From: Bugula neritina
Lineage: Eukaryota; Animalia; Bryozoa
Assembly: GCA_964035545.1 (NCBI GenBank)
Contig: CAXIUT010000230.1
Location: 248,001 to 312,000, forward strand
Direction: 5' to 3'
Length of the DNA stretch: 64,000 nt
Shown: in pieces, positions 1-16,400 of the stretch
How positions within the stretch are numbered: position 1 is the stretch's first letter
Layout: every line of letters begins with the position of its first letter
The notes under the pieces: model-generated
Seen by the model: the letters and a program-made list of their open reading frames with translations, nothing else
What the model was told of the DNA's origin: nothing
Databases searched by the model: none
Program-made: the position numbers and the translations under genes

Positions 1-3000
1 AACATACTGAAATATACTGCAACATACTGAAATACACTGCTACATACTGAAATATACGGCAACACACTGCAACATACTGAAACATACTAAAATACACTGT
101 AACATATTGAAATACACTGCAACACAGTGAAATATACTGCAATGTGCCGAAATATATGGTAAACTACTGAAATATACTGTCACACATTGAAAATTACTGC
201 AACATACTGAAATGAACTGCGACACATTGCAATATACTGTAACATACCGAAATATGCTGTAGCACATTGAAATACACTGCAACTCACTGAAATACAGTGC
301 TACATACTGAAATATACTGCAACATACTGCAACATACTGAAATACACTGTAACAAACTGAAATACACTGCAACATACTACAACATTTTGAAACACACTGC
401 AACACATTGAAATATACTGCAACATACCTAAATATACGGTAATATACCAAAATATACTGTAACACATTGAAAAATACTGCAACATACTGAAATACACTGC
501 AACACACTGAAGAACACTGCAAAATACTGTAACACACTGAAATATACTGCAAAATACTGAAATACACTGCTACATACTGAAATATACTGCAACACAGTGC
601 AACATACTGCAACATACTAAAATATACTGCAACATACTGAAATACACTGCTAAATACTGAAATACACTGTAACATACTGAAATACACTGCAAAATACTAC
701 AACATTTTGAAATACACTGCAATACATTGAAATATACTGCAACATACCTAAATATACGGTAATATACTGAAATATACTGTAACACATTGAAAAATACTAC
801 AAAATACTGAAATACACTGCAACATACTACAACATACTGAAATACGCTGTAAGACATTGAAATCCACTGCAACACATTGAAATATACTGTAACTCGCTGA
901 AACATACTGTAACTCACTGAAATATAGTGTAATATACGGAAATGTACTGTAAAATACTGGAATATAATGTAACACACTGAAATATACAGCAACATACTGA
1001 AATACACTGTAACATACTGAAATAAACTGCAACATCCTGCAACATACTGAAATACACTGTAACATACTGAAATACACCGCAACATCCTACAAGATCCTGA
1101 AATACACTGGAACGTATTGAAGTACACTGCAACACATTGAAGTATTCTGCAACACACTTAAACATACGGCAACATACTGAAATATACTTCGGCACATTGC
1201 AATATACTGCAGCATACTGAAACATGCTGTAGCCTACTGAAATACACTGCATTATACTGAAATACACTGCTACATACTGAAATATACTGCAACATACTGA
1301 AATACACTGCAAAATACTGAAATACACTGTAACATACTGAAATATACTGCAACATACTGAAGTACACTCCTACATACTGAAATATACTGCAACTCACTGC
1401 AACATACTGCAACATACTAAAATACACTGTAACATATTGAAATACACTGCAACACATTGAAATATACTGCAAAATATTGAAATACACTGCTACACACTGA
1501 AATATACTGCAACACATGGCAACATACTGCAACATACTAAAATATACTGCAACATACTGAAATACACTGCAAAATCCTGAAATACGCTGTAACATACTGA
1601 AATATACTGCAACATACTGAAATATACTGCTACATACTGAAATATACTGCAACACACTGCAACATACTGCAACATACTAAAATACACTGTAACATAATGA
1701 AATACACTGCAACACATTGAAATATACTGCAAAATACTGAAATACACTGCTATATACTGAAATATACTGCAACACACTGAAACATACTGCAACATACTAA
1801 AATATACTGCAACATACTGAAATATACTGCAACACAGTGAAATATACTGCAATGTGCCGAAATATATGGTAAACTACTGAAATATACTGTCACACATTGA
1901 AAATTACTGCAACATACTGAAATAAACTGCGACACATTGCATTATACTGTAACATACCGAAATATGCTGTAGCACATTGAAATACACTGCAACTCACTGA
2001 AATACAGTGCTACATACTGAAATATACTGCAACATACTGCAACATACTGAAATACACTGTAACAAACTGAAATACACTGCAACATACTACAACATTTTGA
2101 AACACACTGCAACACATTGAAATATACTGCAACATACCTAAATATACGGTAATATACCAAAATATACTGTAACACATTGAAAAATACTGCAACATACTGA
2201 AATACACTGCAACACACTGAAAAACACTGCAAAATACTGTAACACACTGAAATAAACTGCAAAACACTGAAATACACTGCTTCATACTGAAATGTACTGC
2301 AAAATACTGAAATACACTGTAACATACTGAAATATACTGCAACATACTGAAGTACACTCCTACATACTGAAATATACTGCAACTCCCTGCAACATACTGC
2401 AACATACTAAAATACACTGTAACATATTGAAATACACTGCAACACATTGAAATATACTGCAAAATATTGAAATACACTGCTACACACTGAAATATACTGC
2501 AACACACGGCAACATACTGCAACATACTAAAATATACTGCAACATACTGAAATACACTGCAAAATACTGAAATACACTGTAACATACTGAAATATACTGC
2601 AACATACTGAAATATACTGCTACATACTGAAATATACTGCAACACACGGCAACATACTGCAACATACTAAAATATACTGCAACATACTGAAATACACTGC
2701 AAAATACTGAAATACACTGTAACATACTGAAATATACTGCAACATACTGAAATATACTGCTACATACTGAAATATACTGCAACACACTGCAACATACTGC
2801 AACATACTAAAACACACTGTAACATAATGAAATACACTGCAACACATTGAAATATACTGCAAAATACTGAAATACACTGCTATATACTGAGATATACTGC
2901 AACACACTGCAACATACTGCAACATACTAAAATATACTGCAACATACTGAAATACACTGCAAAATACTGAAATACGCTGTAACATACTGAAATATACTGC

Positions 3001-5899
3001 AACATACTGAAATACACTGCTACATACTGAAATATTCGGCAACACACTGCAACATACTGAAACATACTAAAATACACTGTAACATATTGAAATACACTGC
3101 AACACAGTGAAATATACTGCAATGTGCCGAAATGTATGGTAAACTACTGAAATATACTGTCACACATCGAAAAATACTGCAACATACTGAAATATACTGC
3201 GACACATTGCAATATACTGTAACATACCGAAATATGCTGTAGCGCATTGAAATACACTGCAACTCGCTGAAATATACTGCAACATACTGAAATACACTGT
3301 AACATACTGAAATACAGTGCTACATACTGAAATATACTGCAACATACTGCAACATACTGAAATACACTGTAACAAACTGAAATACACTGCAACGTACTAC
3401 AACATTTTGAAACACACTGCAACACATTGAAATATACTGCAACATACCTAAATATACGGGAATATACCAAAATATACTGTAACACATTGAAAAATACTGC
3501 AACATACTGAAATACACTGCAACACACTGAAAAACACTGCAAAATACTGTAACACACTGAAATATACTGCAAAACACTGAAATACACTGCTACATACTGA
3601 AATATACTGCAACACAGTGCAACATACTGCAACATACTAAAATATACTGCAACATACTGAAATACACTGCTAAATACTGAAATACACTGTAACATACTGA
3701 AATACACTGCAAAATACTACAACATTTTGAAATACACTGCAATACATTGAAATATACTGCAACATACCTAAATATACGGTAATATACTGAAATATACTGT
3801 AACACATTGAAAAATACTACAAAATACTGAAATACACTGCAACATACTACAACATACTGAAATACGCTGTAATACATTGAAATCCACTGCAACACATTGA
3901 AATATACTGTAACTCGCTGAAACATACTGTAACTCACTGAAATATAGTGTAATATACGGGAATGTACTGTAAAATACTGGAATATAATGTAACACACTGA
4001 AATATACAGCAACATACTGAAGTACACTGTAACATACTGAAATAAACTGCAACATCCTGCAACATACTGAAATACACTGTAACATACTGAAATACACCGC
4101 AACATCCTACAAGATACTGAAATACACTGTAACGTATTGAAGTACACTGCAACACATTGAAGTATTCTGCAACACACTTAAACATACGGCAACATACTGA
4201 AATATACTTCGGCACATTGCAATATACTGCAGCATACTGAAATATGCTGTAGCCTACTGAAATACACTGCATTATACTGAAATACACTGCTACATACTGA
4301 AATATACTGCAACATACTGAAATATACTGCGACACATTGCAATATACTGTAACATACTGAAATATGCTGTAGCACACTGAAATACACTGCAACTCACTGA
4401 AATATACTGCAACATACTGAAATACACTGTAACATATTGAAATATACTGCAACATACTGAAATACAGTGCTACATACTGAAATATACTGCAACATACTGC
4501 AACATACTGAAATACACTGTAACATACTGAAATACACTGCAACATACTACAACATATTGAAAGACACTGCAACACATTGAAATATGCTGCAACATACCTA
4601 AATATACGGTAATATACCAAAATAAACTGTTACACATTGAAAAATACTGCAACATACTGAAATACACTGCAACACACTGAAAAACACTGCAAAATACTGT
4701 AACACACTTAAATATACTGCAAAATACTGAAATACACTGCTACATACTTAAATATACTGCAACACACTGCAACATACTGCAACATACTAAAATATACTGC
4801 AACATACTGAAATACACTGCAAAATACTGAAATACACTGTAACATACTGAAATATACTGCAACATACTGAAGTACACTCCTACATACTGAAATATACTGC
4901 AACTCACTGCAACATACTGCAACATACTAAAATACACTGTAACATATTGAAATACACTGCAACACATTGAAATATACTGCAAAATATTGAAATACACTGC
5001 TACACACTGAAATATACTGCAACACACGGCAACATACTGCAACATACTAAAATATACTGCAACATACTGAAATACACTGCAAAACACTGAAATACGCTGT
5101 AACATACTGAAATATACTGCAACATACTGAAATATACTGCTACATACTGAAATATACTGCAACACACTGCAACATACTGCAACATACTAAAATACACTGT
5201 AACATAATGAAATACACTGCAACACATTGAAATATACTGCAAAATACTGAAATACACTGCTATATACTGAAACATACTGCAACACACTGCAACATACTGC
5301 AACATACTAAAATATACTGCAACATACTAAAATACACTGTAACATATTGAAATACACTGCAACACAGTGAAATATACTGCAATGTGCCGAAATATATGGT
5401 AAACTACTGAAATATACTGTCACACATTGAAAATTACTGCAACATACTGAAATGAACTGCGACACATTGCAATATACTGTAACATACCGAAATATGCTGT
5501 AGCACATTGAAATACACTGCAACTCACTGAAATACAGTGCTACATACTGAAATATACTGCAACATACTGCAACATACTGAAATACACTGTAACAAACTGA
5601 AATACACTGCAACATACTACAACATTTTGAAACACACTGCAACACATTGAAATATACTGCAACATACCTAAATATACGGTAATATACCAAAATATACTGT
5701 AACACATTGAAAAATACTGCAACATACTGAAATACACTGCAACACACTGAAGAACACTGCAAAATACTGTAACACACTGAAATATACTGCAAAATACTGA
5801 AATACACTGCTACATACTGAAATATACTGCAACACAGTGCAACATACTGCAACATACTAAAATATACTGCAACATACTGAAATACACTGCTAAATACTG

Positions 5900-8800
5900 A
5901 AATACACTGTAACATACTGAAATACACTGCAAAATACTACAACATTTTGAAATACACTGCAATACATTGAAATATACTGCAACATACCTAAATATACGGT
6001 AATATACTGAAATATACTGTAACACATTGAAAAATACTACAAAATACTGAAATACACTGCAACATACTACAACATACTGAAATACGCTGTAAGACATTGA
6101 AATCCACTGCAACATCCTGCAACATACTGAAATACACTGTAACATACTGAAATACACCGCAACATCCTACAAGATCCTGAAATACACTGGAACGTATTGA
6201 AGTACACTGCAACACATTGAAGTATTCTGCAACACACTTAAACATACGGCAACATACTGAAATATACTTCGGCACATTGCAATATACTGCAGCATACTGA
6301 AATATGCTGTAGCCTGCTGAAATACACTGCATTATACTGAAATACACTGCTACATACTGAAATATACTGCAACATACTGAAATATACTGCGACACATTGC
6401 AATATACTGTAACATACTGAAATATGCTGTATCACACTGAAATACACTGCAACTCACTGAAATATACTGCAACATACTGAAATACACTGTAACATATTGA
6501 AATATACTGCAACATACTGAAATACAGTGCTACATACTGAAATATACTGCAACATACTGCAACATACTGAAATACACTGTAACATACTGAAATACACTGC
6601 CACATACTACAACATATTGAAAGACACTGCAACACATTGAAATATGCTGCAACATACCTAAATATACGGTAATATACCAAAATAAACTGTTACACATTGA
6701 AAAATACTGCAACATACTGAAATACACTGCAACACACTGAAAAACACTGCAAAATACTGTAACACACTGAAATATACTGCAAAATACTGAAATACACTGC
6801 TACATACTTAAATATACTGCAACACACTGCAACATACTGCAACATACTAAAATATACTGCAACATACTGAAATACACTGCAAAATACTGAATTACACTGT
6901 AACATACTGAAATATACTGCAACATACTGAAGTACACTCCTACATAATGAAATATACTGCAACTCACTGCAACATACTGCAACATACTAAAATACACTGT
7001 AACATATTGAAATACACTGCAACACATTGAAATATACTGCAAAATATTGAAATACACTGCTACACACTGAAATATACTGCAACACACGGCAACATACTGC
7101 AACATACTAAAATATACTGCAACATACTGAAATACACTGCAAAACACTGAAATACGCTGTAACATACTGAAATATACTGCAACATACTGAAATATACTGC
7201 TACATACTGAAATATACTGCAACACACTGCAACATACTGCAACATACTAAAATACACTGTAACATAATGAAATACACTGCAACACATTGAAATATACTGC
7301 AAAATACTGAAATACACTGCTATATACTGAAACATACTGCAACACACTGCAACATACTGCAACATACTAAAATATACTGCAACATACTGAAATACACTGC
7401 AAAATACTGAAATACACTGTAACATACTGAAATATACTGCAACATACTGAAATACACTGCTACATACTGAAATATACGGCAACACACTGCAACATACTGA
7501 AACATACTAAAATACACTGTAACATATTGAAATACACTGCAACACAGTGAAATATACTGCAATGTGCCGAAATATATGGTAAACTACTGAAATATACTGT
7601 CACACATTGAAAATTACTGCAACATACTGAAATGAACTGCGACACATTGCAATATACTGTAACATACCGAAATATGCTGTAGCACATTGAAATACACTGC
7701 AACTCACTGAAATACAGTGCTACATACTGAAATATACTGCAACATACTGCAACATACTGAAATACACTGTAACATACTGAAATACACTGCAAAATACTAC
7801 AACATTTTGAAATACACTGCAATACATTGAAATATACTGCAACATACCTAAATATACGGTAATATACTGAAATATACTGTAACACATTGAAAAATACTAC
7901 AAAATACTGAAATACACTGCAACATACTACAACATACTGAAATACGCTGTAAGACATTGAAATCCACTGCAACATCCTGCAACATACTGAAATACACTGT
8001 AACATACTGAAATACACCGCAACATCCTACAAGATCCTGAAATACACTGGAACGTATTGAAGTACACTGCAACACATTGAAGTATTCTGCAACACACTTA
8101 AACATACGGCAACATACTGAAATATACTTCGGCACATTGCAATATACTGCAGCATACTGAAATATGCTGTAGCCTGCTGAAATACACTGCATTATACTGA
8201 AATACACTGCTACATACTGAAATATACTGCAACATACTGAAATATACTGCGACACATTGCAATATACTTTAACATACTGAAATATGCTGTAGCACACTGA
8301 AATACACTGCAACTCACTGAAATATACTGCAACATACTGAAATACACTGTAACATATTGAAATATACTGCAACATACTGAAATACAGTGCTACATACTGA
8401 AATATACTGCAACATACTGCAACATACTGAAATACACTGTAACATACTGAAATACACTGCCACATACTACAACATATTGAAAGACACTGCAACACATTGA
8501 AATATGCTGCAACATACCTAAATATACGGTAATATACCAAAATAAACTGTTACACATTGAAAAATACTGCAACATACTGAAATACACTGCAACACACTGA
8601 AAAACACTGCAAAATACTGTAACACACTGAAATATACTGCAAAATACTGAAATACACTGCTACATACTTAAATATACTGCAACACACTGCAACATACTGC
8701 AACATACTAAAATATACTGCAACATACTGAAATACACTGCAAAATACTGAATTACACTGTAACATACTGAAATATACTGCAACATACTGAAGTACACTCC

Positions 8801-9620
8801 TACATAATGAAATATACTGCAACTCACTGCAACATACTGCAACATACTAAAATACACTGTAACATATTGAAATACACTGCAACACATTGAAATATACTGC
8901 AAAATATTGAAATACACTGCTACACACTGAAATATACTGCAACACACGGCAACATACTGCAACATACTAAAATATACTGCAACATACTGAAATACACTGC
9001 AAAACACTGAAATACGCTGTAACATACTGAAATATACTGCAACATACTGAAATATACTGCTACATACTGAAATATACTGCAACACACTGCAACATACTGC
9101 AACATACTAAAATACACTGTAACATAATGAAATACACTGCAACACATTGAAATATACTGCAAAATACTGAAATACACTGCTATATACTGAAACATACTGC
9201 AACACACTGCAACATACTGCAACATACTAAAATATACTGCAACATACTGAAATACACTGCAAAATACTGAAATACACTGTAACATACTGAAATATACTGC
9301 AACATACTGAAATACACTGCTACATACTGAAATATACGGCAACACACTGCAACATACTGAAACATACTAAAATACACTGTAACATATTGAAATACACTGC
9401 AACACAGTGAAATATACTGCAATGTGCCGAAATATATGGTAAACTACTGAAATATACTGTCACACATTGAAAATTACTGCAACATACTGAAATGAACTGC
9501 GACACATTGCAATATACTGTAACATACCGAAATATGCTGTAGCACATTGAAATACACTGCAACTCACTGAAATACAGTGCTACATACTGAAATATACTGC
9601 AACATACTGCAACATACTGA
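5900..9620 (+). repeat. Tandem duplication with 1860-bp period
   Basis: Private variants CACATACTAC 6601/8461 and ATTACACTGT 6891/8751; marker AATATACTTC at 6261/8121; AATGTGCCGA at 7561/9421. Confidence 0.88.
6801..7730 (+). repeat. Example of the 260-bp (140+120) sub-repeat inside the HOR
   Basis: T-initiated monomers fall at 6801, 6941, 7061, 7201, 7321, 7461 and 7721, with the variant AAACTACTGA in the expected slot at 7581. The spacing is 140,120,140,120,140,120,140. The same pattern is seen at 38371-39291. Confidence 0.85.
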
Positions 9621-10460
9621 AATACACTGTAACAAACTGAAATACACTGCAACATACTACAACATTTTGAAACACACTGCAACACATTGAAATATACTGC
9701 AACATACCTAAATATACGGTAATATACCAAAATATACTGTAACACATTGAAAAATACTGCAACATACTGAAATACACTGCAACACACTGAAGAACACTGC
9801 AAAATACTGTAACACACTGAAATATACTGCAAAATACTGAAATACACTGCTACATACTGAAATATACTGCAACACAGTGCAACATACTGCAACATACTAA
9901 AATATACTGCAACATACTGAAATACACTGCTAAATACTGAAATACACTGTAACATACTGAAATACACTGCAAAATACTACAACATTTTGAAATACACTGC
10001 AATACATTGAAATATACTGCAACATACCTAAATATACGGTAATATACTGAAATATACTGTAACACATTGAAAAATACTACAAAATACTGAAATACACTGC
10101 AACATACTACAACATACTGAAATACGCTGTAAGACATTGAAATCCACTGCAACACATTGAAATATACTGTAACTCGCTGAAACATACTGTAACTCACTGA
10201 AATATAGTGTAATATACGGAAATGTACTGTAAAATACTGGAATATAATGTAACACACTGAAATATACAGCAACATACTGAAATACACTGTAACATACTGA
10301 AATAAACTGCAACATCCTGCAACATACTGAAATACACTGTAACATACTGAAATACACCGCAACATCCTACAAGATCCTGAAATACACTGGAACGTATTGA
10401 AGTACACTGCAACACATTGAAGTATTCTGCAACACACTTAAACATACGGCAACATACTGA
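8121..10460 (+). repeat. Complete 2340-bp (234-monomer) higher-order repeat unit
   Basis: The marker AATATACTTC-GGCACATTGC occurs at 8121 and 10461. Between them the landmark modules appear in order: GACACATTGC 8251, AAGACACTGC 8481, AGTACACTCC 8791, TATATACTGA 9181, AATGTGCCGA 9421, AACAAACTGA 9631, TAAATACTGA 9931, AATCCACTGC 10141, AATGTACTGT 10221, AACATCCTGC 10311. Confidence 0.9.
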
Positions 10461-13400
10461 AATATACTTCGGCACATTGCAATATACTGCAGCATACTGA
10501 AACATGCTGTAGCCTACTGAAATACACTGCATTATACTGAAATACACTGCTACATACTGAAATATACTGCAACATACTGAAATACACTGCAAAATACTGA
10601 AATACACTGTAACATACTGAAATATACTGCAACATACTGAAGTACACTCCTACATACTGAAATATACTGCAACTCACTGCAACATACTGCAACATACTAA
10701 AATACACTGTAACATATTGAAATACACTGCAACACATTGAAATATACTGCAAAATATGGAAATACACTGCTACACACTGAAATATACTGCAACACATGGC
10801 AACATACTGCAACATACTAAAATATACTGCAACATACTGAAATACACTGCAAAATACTGAAATACGCTGTAACATACTGAAATATACTGCAACATACTGA
10901 AATATACTGCTACATACTGAAATATACTGCAACACACTGCAACATACTGCAACATACTAAAATACACTGTAACATAATGAAATACACTGCAACACATTGA
11001 AATATACTGCAAAATACTGAAATACACTGCTATATACTGAAATATACTGCAACACACTGAAACATACTGCAACATACTAAAATATACTGCAACATACTGA
11101 AATATACTGCAACACAGTGAAATATACTGCAATGTGCCGAAATATATGGTAAACTACTGAAATATACTGTCACACATTGAAAATTACTGCAACATACTGA
11201 AATAAACTGCGACACATTGCAATATACTGTAACATACCGAAATATGCTGTAGCACATTGAAATACACTGCAACTCACTGAAATACAGTGCTACATACTGA
11301 AATATACTGCAACATACTGCAACATACTGAAATACACTGTAACAAACTGAAATACACTGCAACATACTACAACATTTTGAAACACACTGCAACACATTGA
11401 AATATACTGCAACATACCTAAATATACGGTAATATACCAAAATATACTGTAACACATTGAAAAATACTGCAACATACTGAAATACACTGCAACACACTGA
11501 AAAACACTGCAAAATACTGTAACACACTGAAATAAACTGCAAAACACTGAAATACACTGCTTCATACTGAAATACACTGCAAAATACTGAAATACACTGT
11601 AACATACTGAAATATACTGCAACATACTGAAGTACACTCCTACATACTGAAATATACTGCAACTCCCTGCAACATACTGCAACATACTAAAATACACTGT
11701 AACATATTGAAATACACTGCAACACATTGAAATATACTGCAAAATATTGAAATACACTGCTACACACTGAAATATACTGCAACACACGGCAACATACTGC
11801 AACATACTAAAATATACTGCAACATACTGAAATACACTGCAAAATACTGAAATACACTGTAACATACTGAAATATACTGCAACATACTGAAATATACTGC
11901 TACATACTGAAATATACTGCAACACACGGCAACATACTGCAACATACTAAAATATACTGCAACATACTGAAATACACTGCAAAATACTGAAATATACTGT
12001 AACATACTGAAATATACTGCAACATACTGAAATATACTGCTACATACTGAAATATACTGCAACACACTGCAACATACTAAAACACACTGTAACATAATGA
12101 AATACACTGCAACACATTGAAATATACTGCAAAATACTGAAATACACTGCTATATACTGAGATATACTGCAACACACTGCAACATACTGCAACATACTAA
12201 AATATACTGCAACATACTGAAATACACTGCAAAATACTGAAATACGCTGTAACATACTGAAATATACTGCAACATACTGAAATACACTGCTACATACTGA
12301 AATATACGGCAACACACTGCAACATACTGAAACATACTAAAATACACTGTAACATATTGAAATACACTGCAACACAGTGAAATATACTGCAATGTGCCGA
12401 AATGTATGGTAAACTACTGAAATATACTGTCACACATCGAAAAATACTGCAACATACTGAAATATACTGCGACACATTGCAATATACTGTAACATACCGA
12501 AATATGCTGTAGCGCATTGAAATACACTGCAACTCGCTGAAATATACTGCAACATACTGAAATACACTGTAACATACTGAAATACAGTGCTACATACTGA
12601 AATATACTGCAACATACTGCAACATACTGAAATACACTGTAACAAACTGAAATACACTGCAACGTACTACAACATTTTGAAACACACTGCAACACATTGA
12701 AATATACTGCAACATACCTAAATATACGGGAATATACCAAAATATACTGTAACACATTGAAAAATACTGCAACATACTGAAATACACTGCAACACACTGA
12801 AAAACACTGCAAAATACTGTAACACACTGAAATATACTGCAAAACACTGAAATACACTGCTACATACTGAAATATACTGCAACACAGTGCAACATACTGC
12901 AACATACTAAAATATACTGCAACATACTGAAATACACTGCTAAATACTGAAATACACTGTAACATACTGAAATACACTGCAAAATACTACAACATTTTGA
13001 AATACACTGCAATACATTGAAATATACTGCAACATACCTAAATATACGGTAATATACTGAAATATACTGTAACACATTGAAACATACTACAAAATACTGA
13101 AATACACTGCAACATACTACAACATACTGAAATACGCTGTAATACATTGAAATCCACTGCAACACATTGAAATATACTGTAACTCGCTGAAACATACTGT
13201 AACTCACTGAAATATAGTGTAATATACGGAAATGTACTGTAAAATACTGGAATATAATGTAACACACTGAAATATACAGCAACATACTGAAGTACACTGT
13301 AACATACTGAAATAAACTGCAACATCCTGCAACATACTGAAATACACTGTAACATACTGAAATACACCGCAACATCCTACAAGATACTGAAATACACTGT

Positions 13401-13470
13401 AACGTATTGAAGTACACTGCAACACATTGAAGTATTCTGCAACACACTTAAACATACGGCAACATACTGA

Positions 13471-16400
13471 AATATACTTCGGCACATTGCAATATACTGC
13501 AGCATACTGAAATATGCTGTAGCCTACTGAAATACACTGCATTATACTGAAATACACTGCTACATACTGAAATATACTGCAACATACTGAAATATACTGT
13601 GACACATTGCAATATACTGTAACATACTGAAATATGCTGTAGCACACTGAAATACACTGCAACTCACTGAAATATACTGCAACATACTGAAATACACTGT
13701 AACATATTGAAATATACTGCAACATACTGAAATACAGTGCTACATACTGAAATATACTGCAACATACTGCAACATACTGAAATACACTGTAACATACTGA
13801 AATACACTGCAACATACTACAACATATTGAAAGACACTGCAACACATTGAAATATGCTGCAACATACCTAAATATACGGTAATATACCAAAATAAACTGT
13901 TACACATTGAAAAATACTGCAACATACTGAAATACACTGCAACACACTGAAAAACACTGCAAAATACTGTAACACACTGAAATATACTGCAAAATACTGA
14001 AATACACTGCTACATACTTAAATATACTGCAACACACTGCAACATACTGCAACATACTAAAATATACTGCAACATACTGAAATACACTGCAAAATACTGA
14101 AATACACTGTAACATACTGAAATATACTGCAACATACTGAAGTACACTCCTACATACTGAAATATACTGCAACTCACTGCAACATACTGCAACATACTAA
14201 AATACACTGTAACATATTGAAATACACTGCAACACATTGAAATATACTGCAAAATATTAAAATACACTGCTACACACTGAAATATACTGCAACACACGGC
14301 AACATACTGCAACATACTAAAATATACTGCAACATACTGAAATACACTGCAAAACACTGAAATACGCTGTAACATACTGAAATATACTGCAACATACTGA
14401 AATATACTGCTACATACTGAAATATACTGCAACACACTGCAACATACTGCAACATACTAAAATACACTGTAACATAATGAAATACACTGCAACACATTGA
14501 AATATACTGCAAAATACTGAAATACACTGCTATATACTGAAACACACTGCAACACACTGCAACATACTGCAACATACTAAAATATACTGCAACATACTAA
14601 AATACACTGTAACATATTGAAATACACTGCAACACAGTGAAATATACTGCAATGTGCCGAAATATATGGTAAACTACTGAAATATACTGTCACACATTGA
14701 AAATTACTGCAACATACTGAAATGAACTGCGACACATTGCAATATACTGTAACATACCGAAATATGCTGTAGCACATTGAAATACACTGCAACTCACTGA
14801 AATACAGTGCTACATACTGAAATATACTGCAACATACTGCAACATACTGAAATACACTGTAACAAACTGAAATACACTGCAACATACTACAACATTTTGA
14901 AACACACTGCAACACATTGAAATATACTGCAACATACCTAAATATACGGTAATATACCAAAATATACTGTAACACATTGAAAAATACTGCAACATACTGA
15001 AATACACTGCAACACACTGAAGAACACTGCAAAATACTGTAACACACTGAAATATACTGCAAAATACTGAAATACACTGCTACATACTGAAATATACTGC
15101 AACACAGTGCAACATACTGCAACATACTAAAATATACTGCAACATACTGAAATACACTGCTAAATACTGAAATACACTGTAACATACTGAAATACACTGC
15201 AAAATACTACAACATTTTGAAATACACTGCAATACATTGAAATATACTGCAACATACCTAAATATACGGTAATATACTGAAATATACTGTAACACATTGA
15301 AAAATACTACAAAATACTGAAATACACTGCAACATACTACAACATACTGAAATACGCTGTAAGACATTGAAATCCACTGCAACATCCTGCAACATACTGA
15401 AATACACTGTAACATACTGAAATACACCGCAACATCCTACAAGATCCTGAAATACACTGGAACGTATTGAAGTACACTGCAACACATTGAAGTATTCTGC
15501 AACACACTTAAACATACGGCAACATACTGAAATATACTTCGGCACATTGCAATATACTGCAGCATACTGAAATATGCTGTAGCCTGCTGAAATACACTGC
15601 ATTATACTGAAATACACTGCTACATACTGAAATATACTGCAACATACTGAAATATACTGCGACACATTGCAATATACTGTAACATACTGAAATATGCTGT
15701 AGCACACTGAAATACACTGCAACTCACTGAAATATACTGCAACATACTGAAATACACTGTAACATATTGAAATATACTGCAACATACTGAAATACAGTGC
15801 TACATACTGAAATATACTGCAACATACTGCAACATACTGAAATACACTGTAACATACTGAAATACACTGCAACATACTACAACATATTGAAAGACACTGC
15901 AACACATTGAAATATGCTGCAACATACCTAAATATACGGTAATATACCAAAATAAACTGTTACACATTGAAAAATACTGCAACATACTGAAATACACTGC
16001 AACACACTGAAAAACACTGCAAAATACTGTAACACACTGAAATATACTGCAAAATACTGAAATACACTGCTACATACTTAAATATACTGCAACACACTGC
16101 AACATACTGCAACATACTAAAATATACTGCAACATACTGAAATACACTGCAAAATACTGAAATACACTGTAACATACTGAAATATACTGCAACATACTGA
16201 AGTACACTCCTACATAATGAAATATACTGCAACTCACTGCAACATACTGCAACATACTAAAATACACTGTAACATATTGAAATACACTGCAACACATTGA
16301 AATATACTGCAAAATATTGAAATACACTGCTACACACTGAAATATACTGCAACACACGGCAACATACTGCAACATACTAAAATATACTGCAACATACTGA

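Noticed and set aside
123-161. CACAGTG, matching the V(D)J RSS heptamer, recurring before each AATGTGCCGA marker
   Set aside because: There is no ACAAAAACC-like nonamer at 12 or 23 bp (the sequences there are ATGTGCCGA and TATATGGTA). It is a single C-to-G variant of AACACACTGA.
115-233. Short dyads (CACTG-caaca-CAGTG hairpin, ATTGCAAT palindrome) as terminators, cruciforms or factor sites
   Set aside because: The stems are only 4-5 bp and arise trivially from single substitutions in the monomer. Nothing supports a function.
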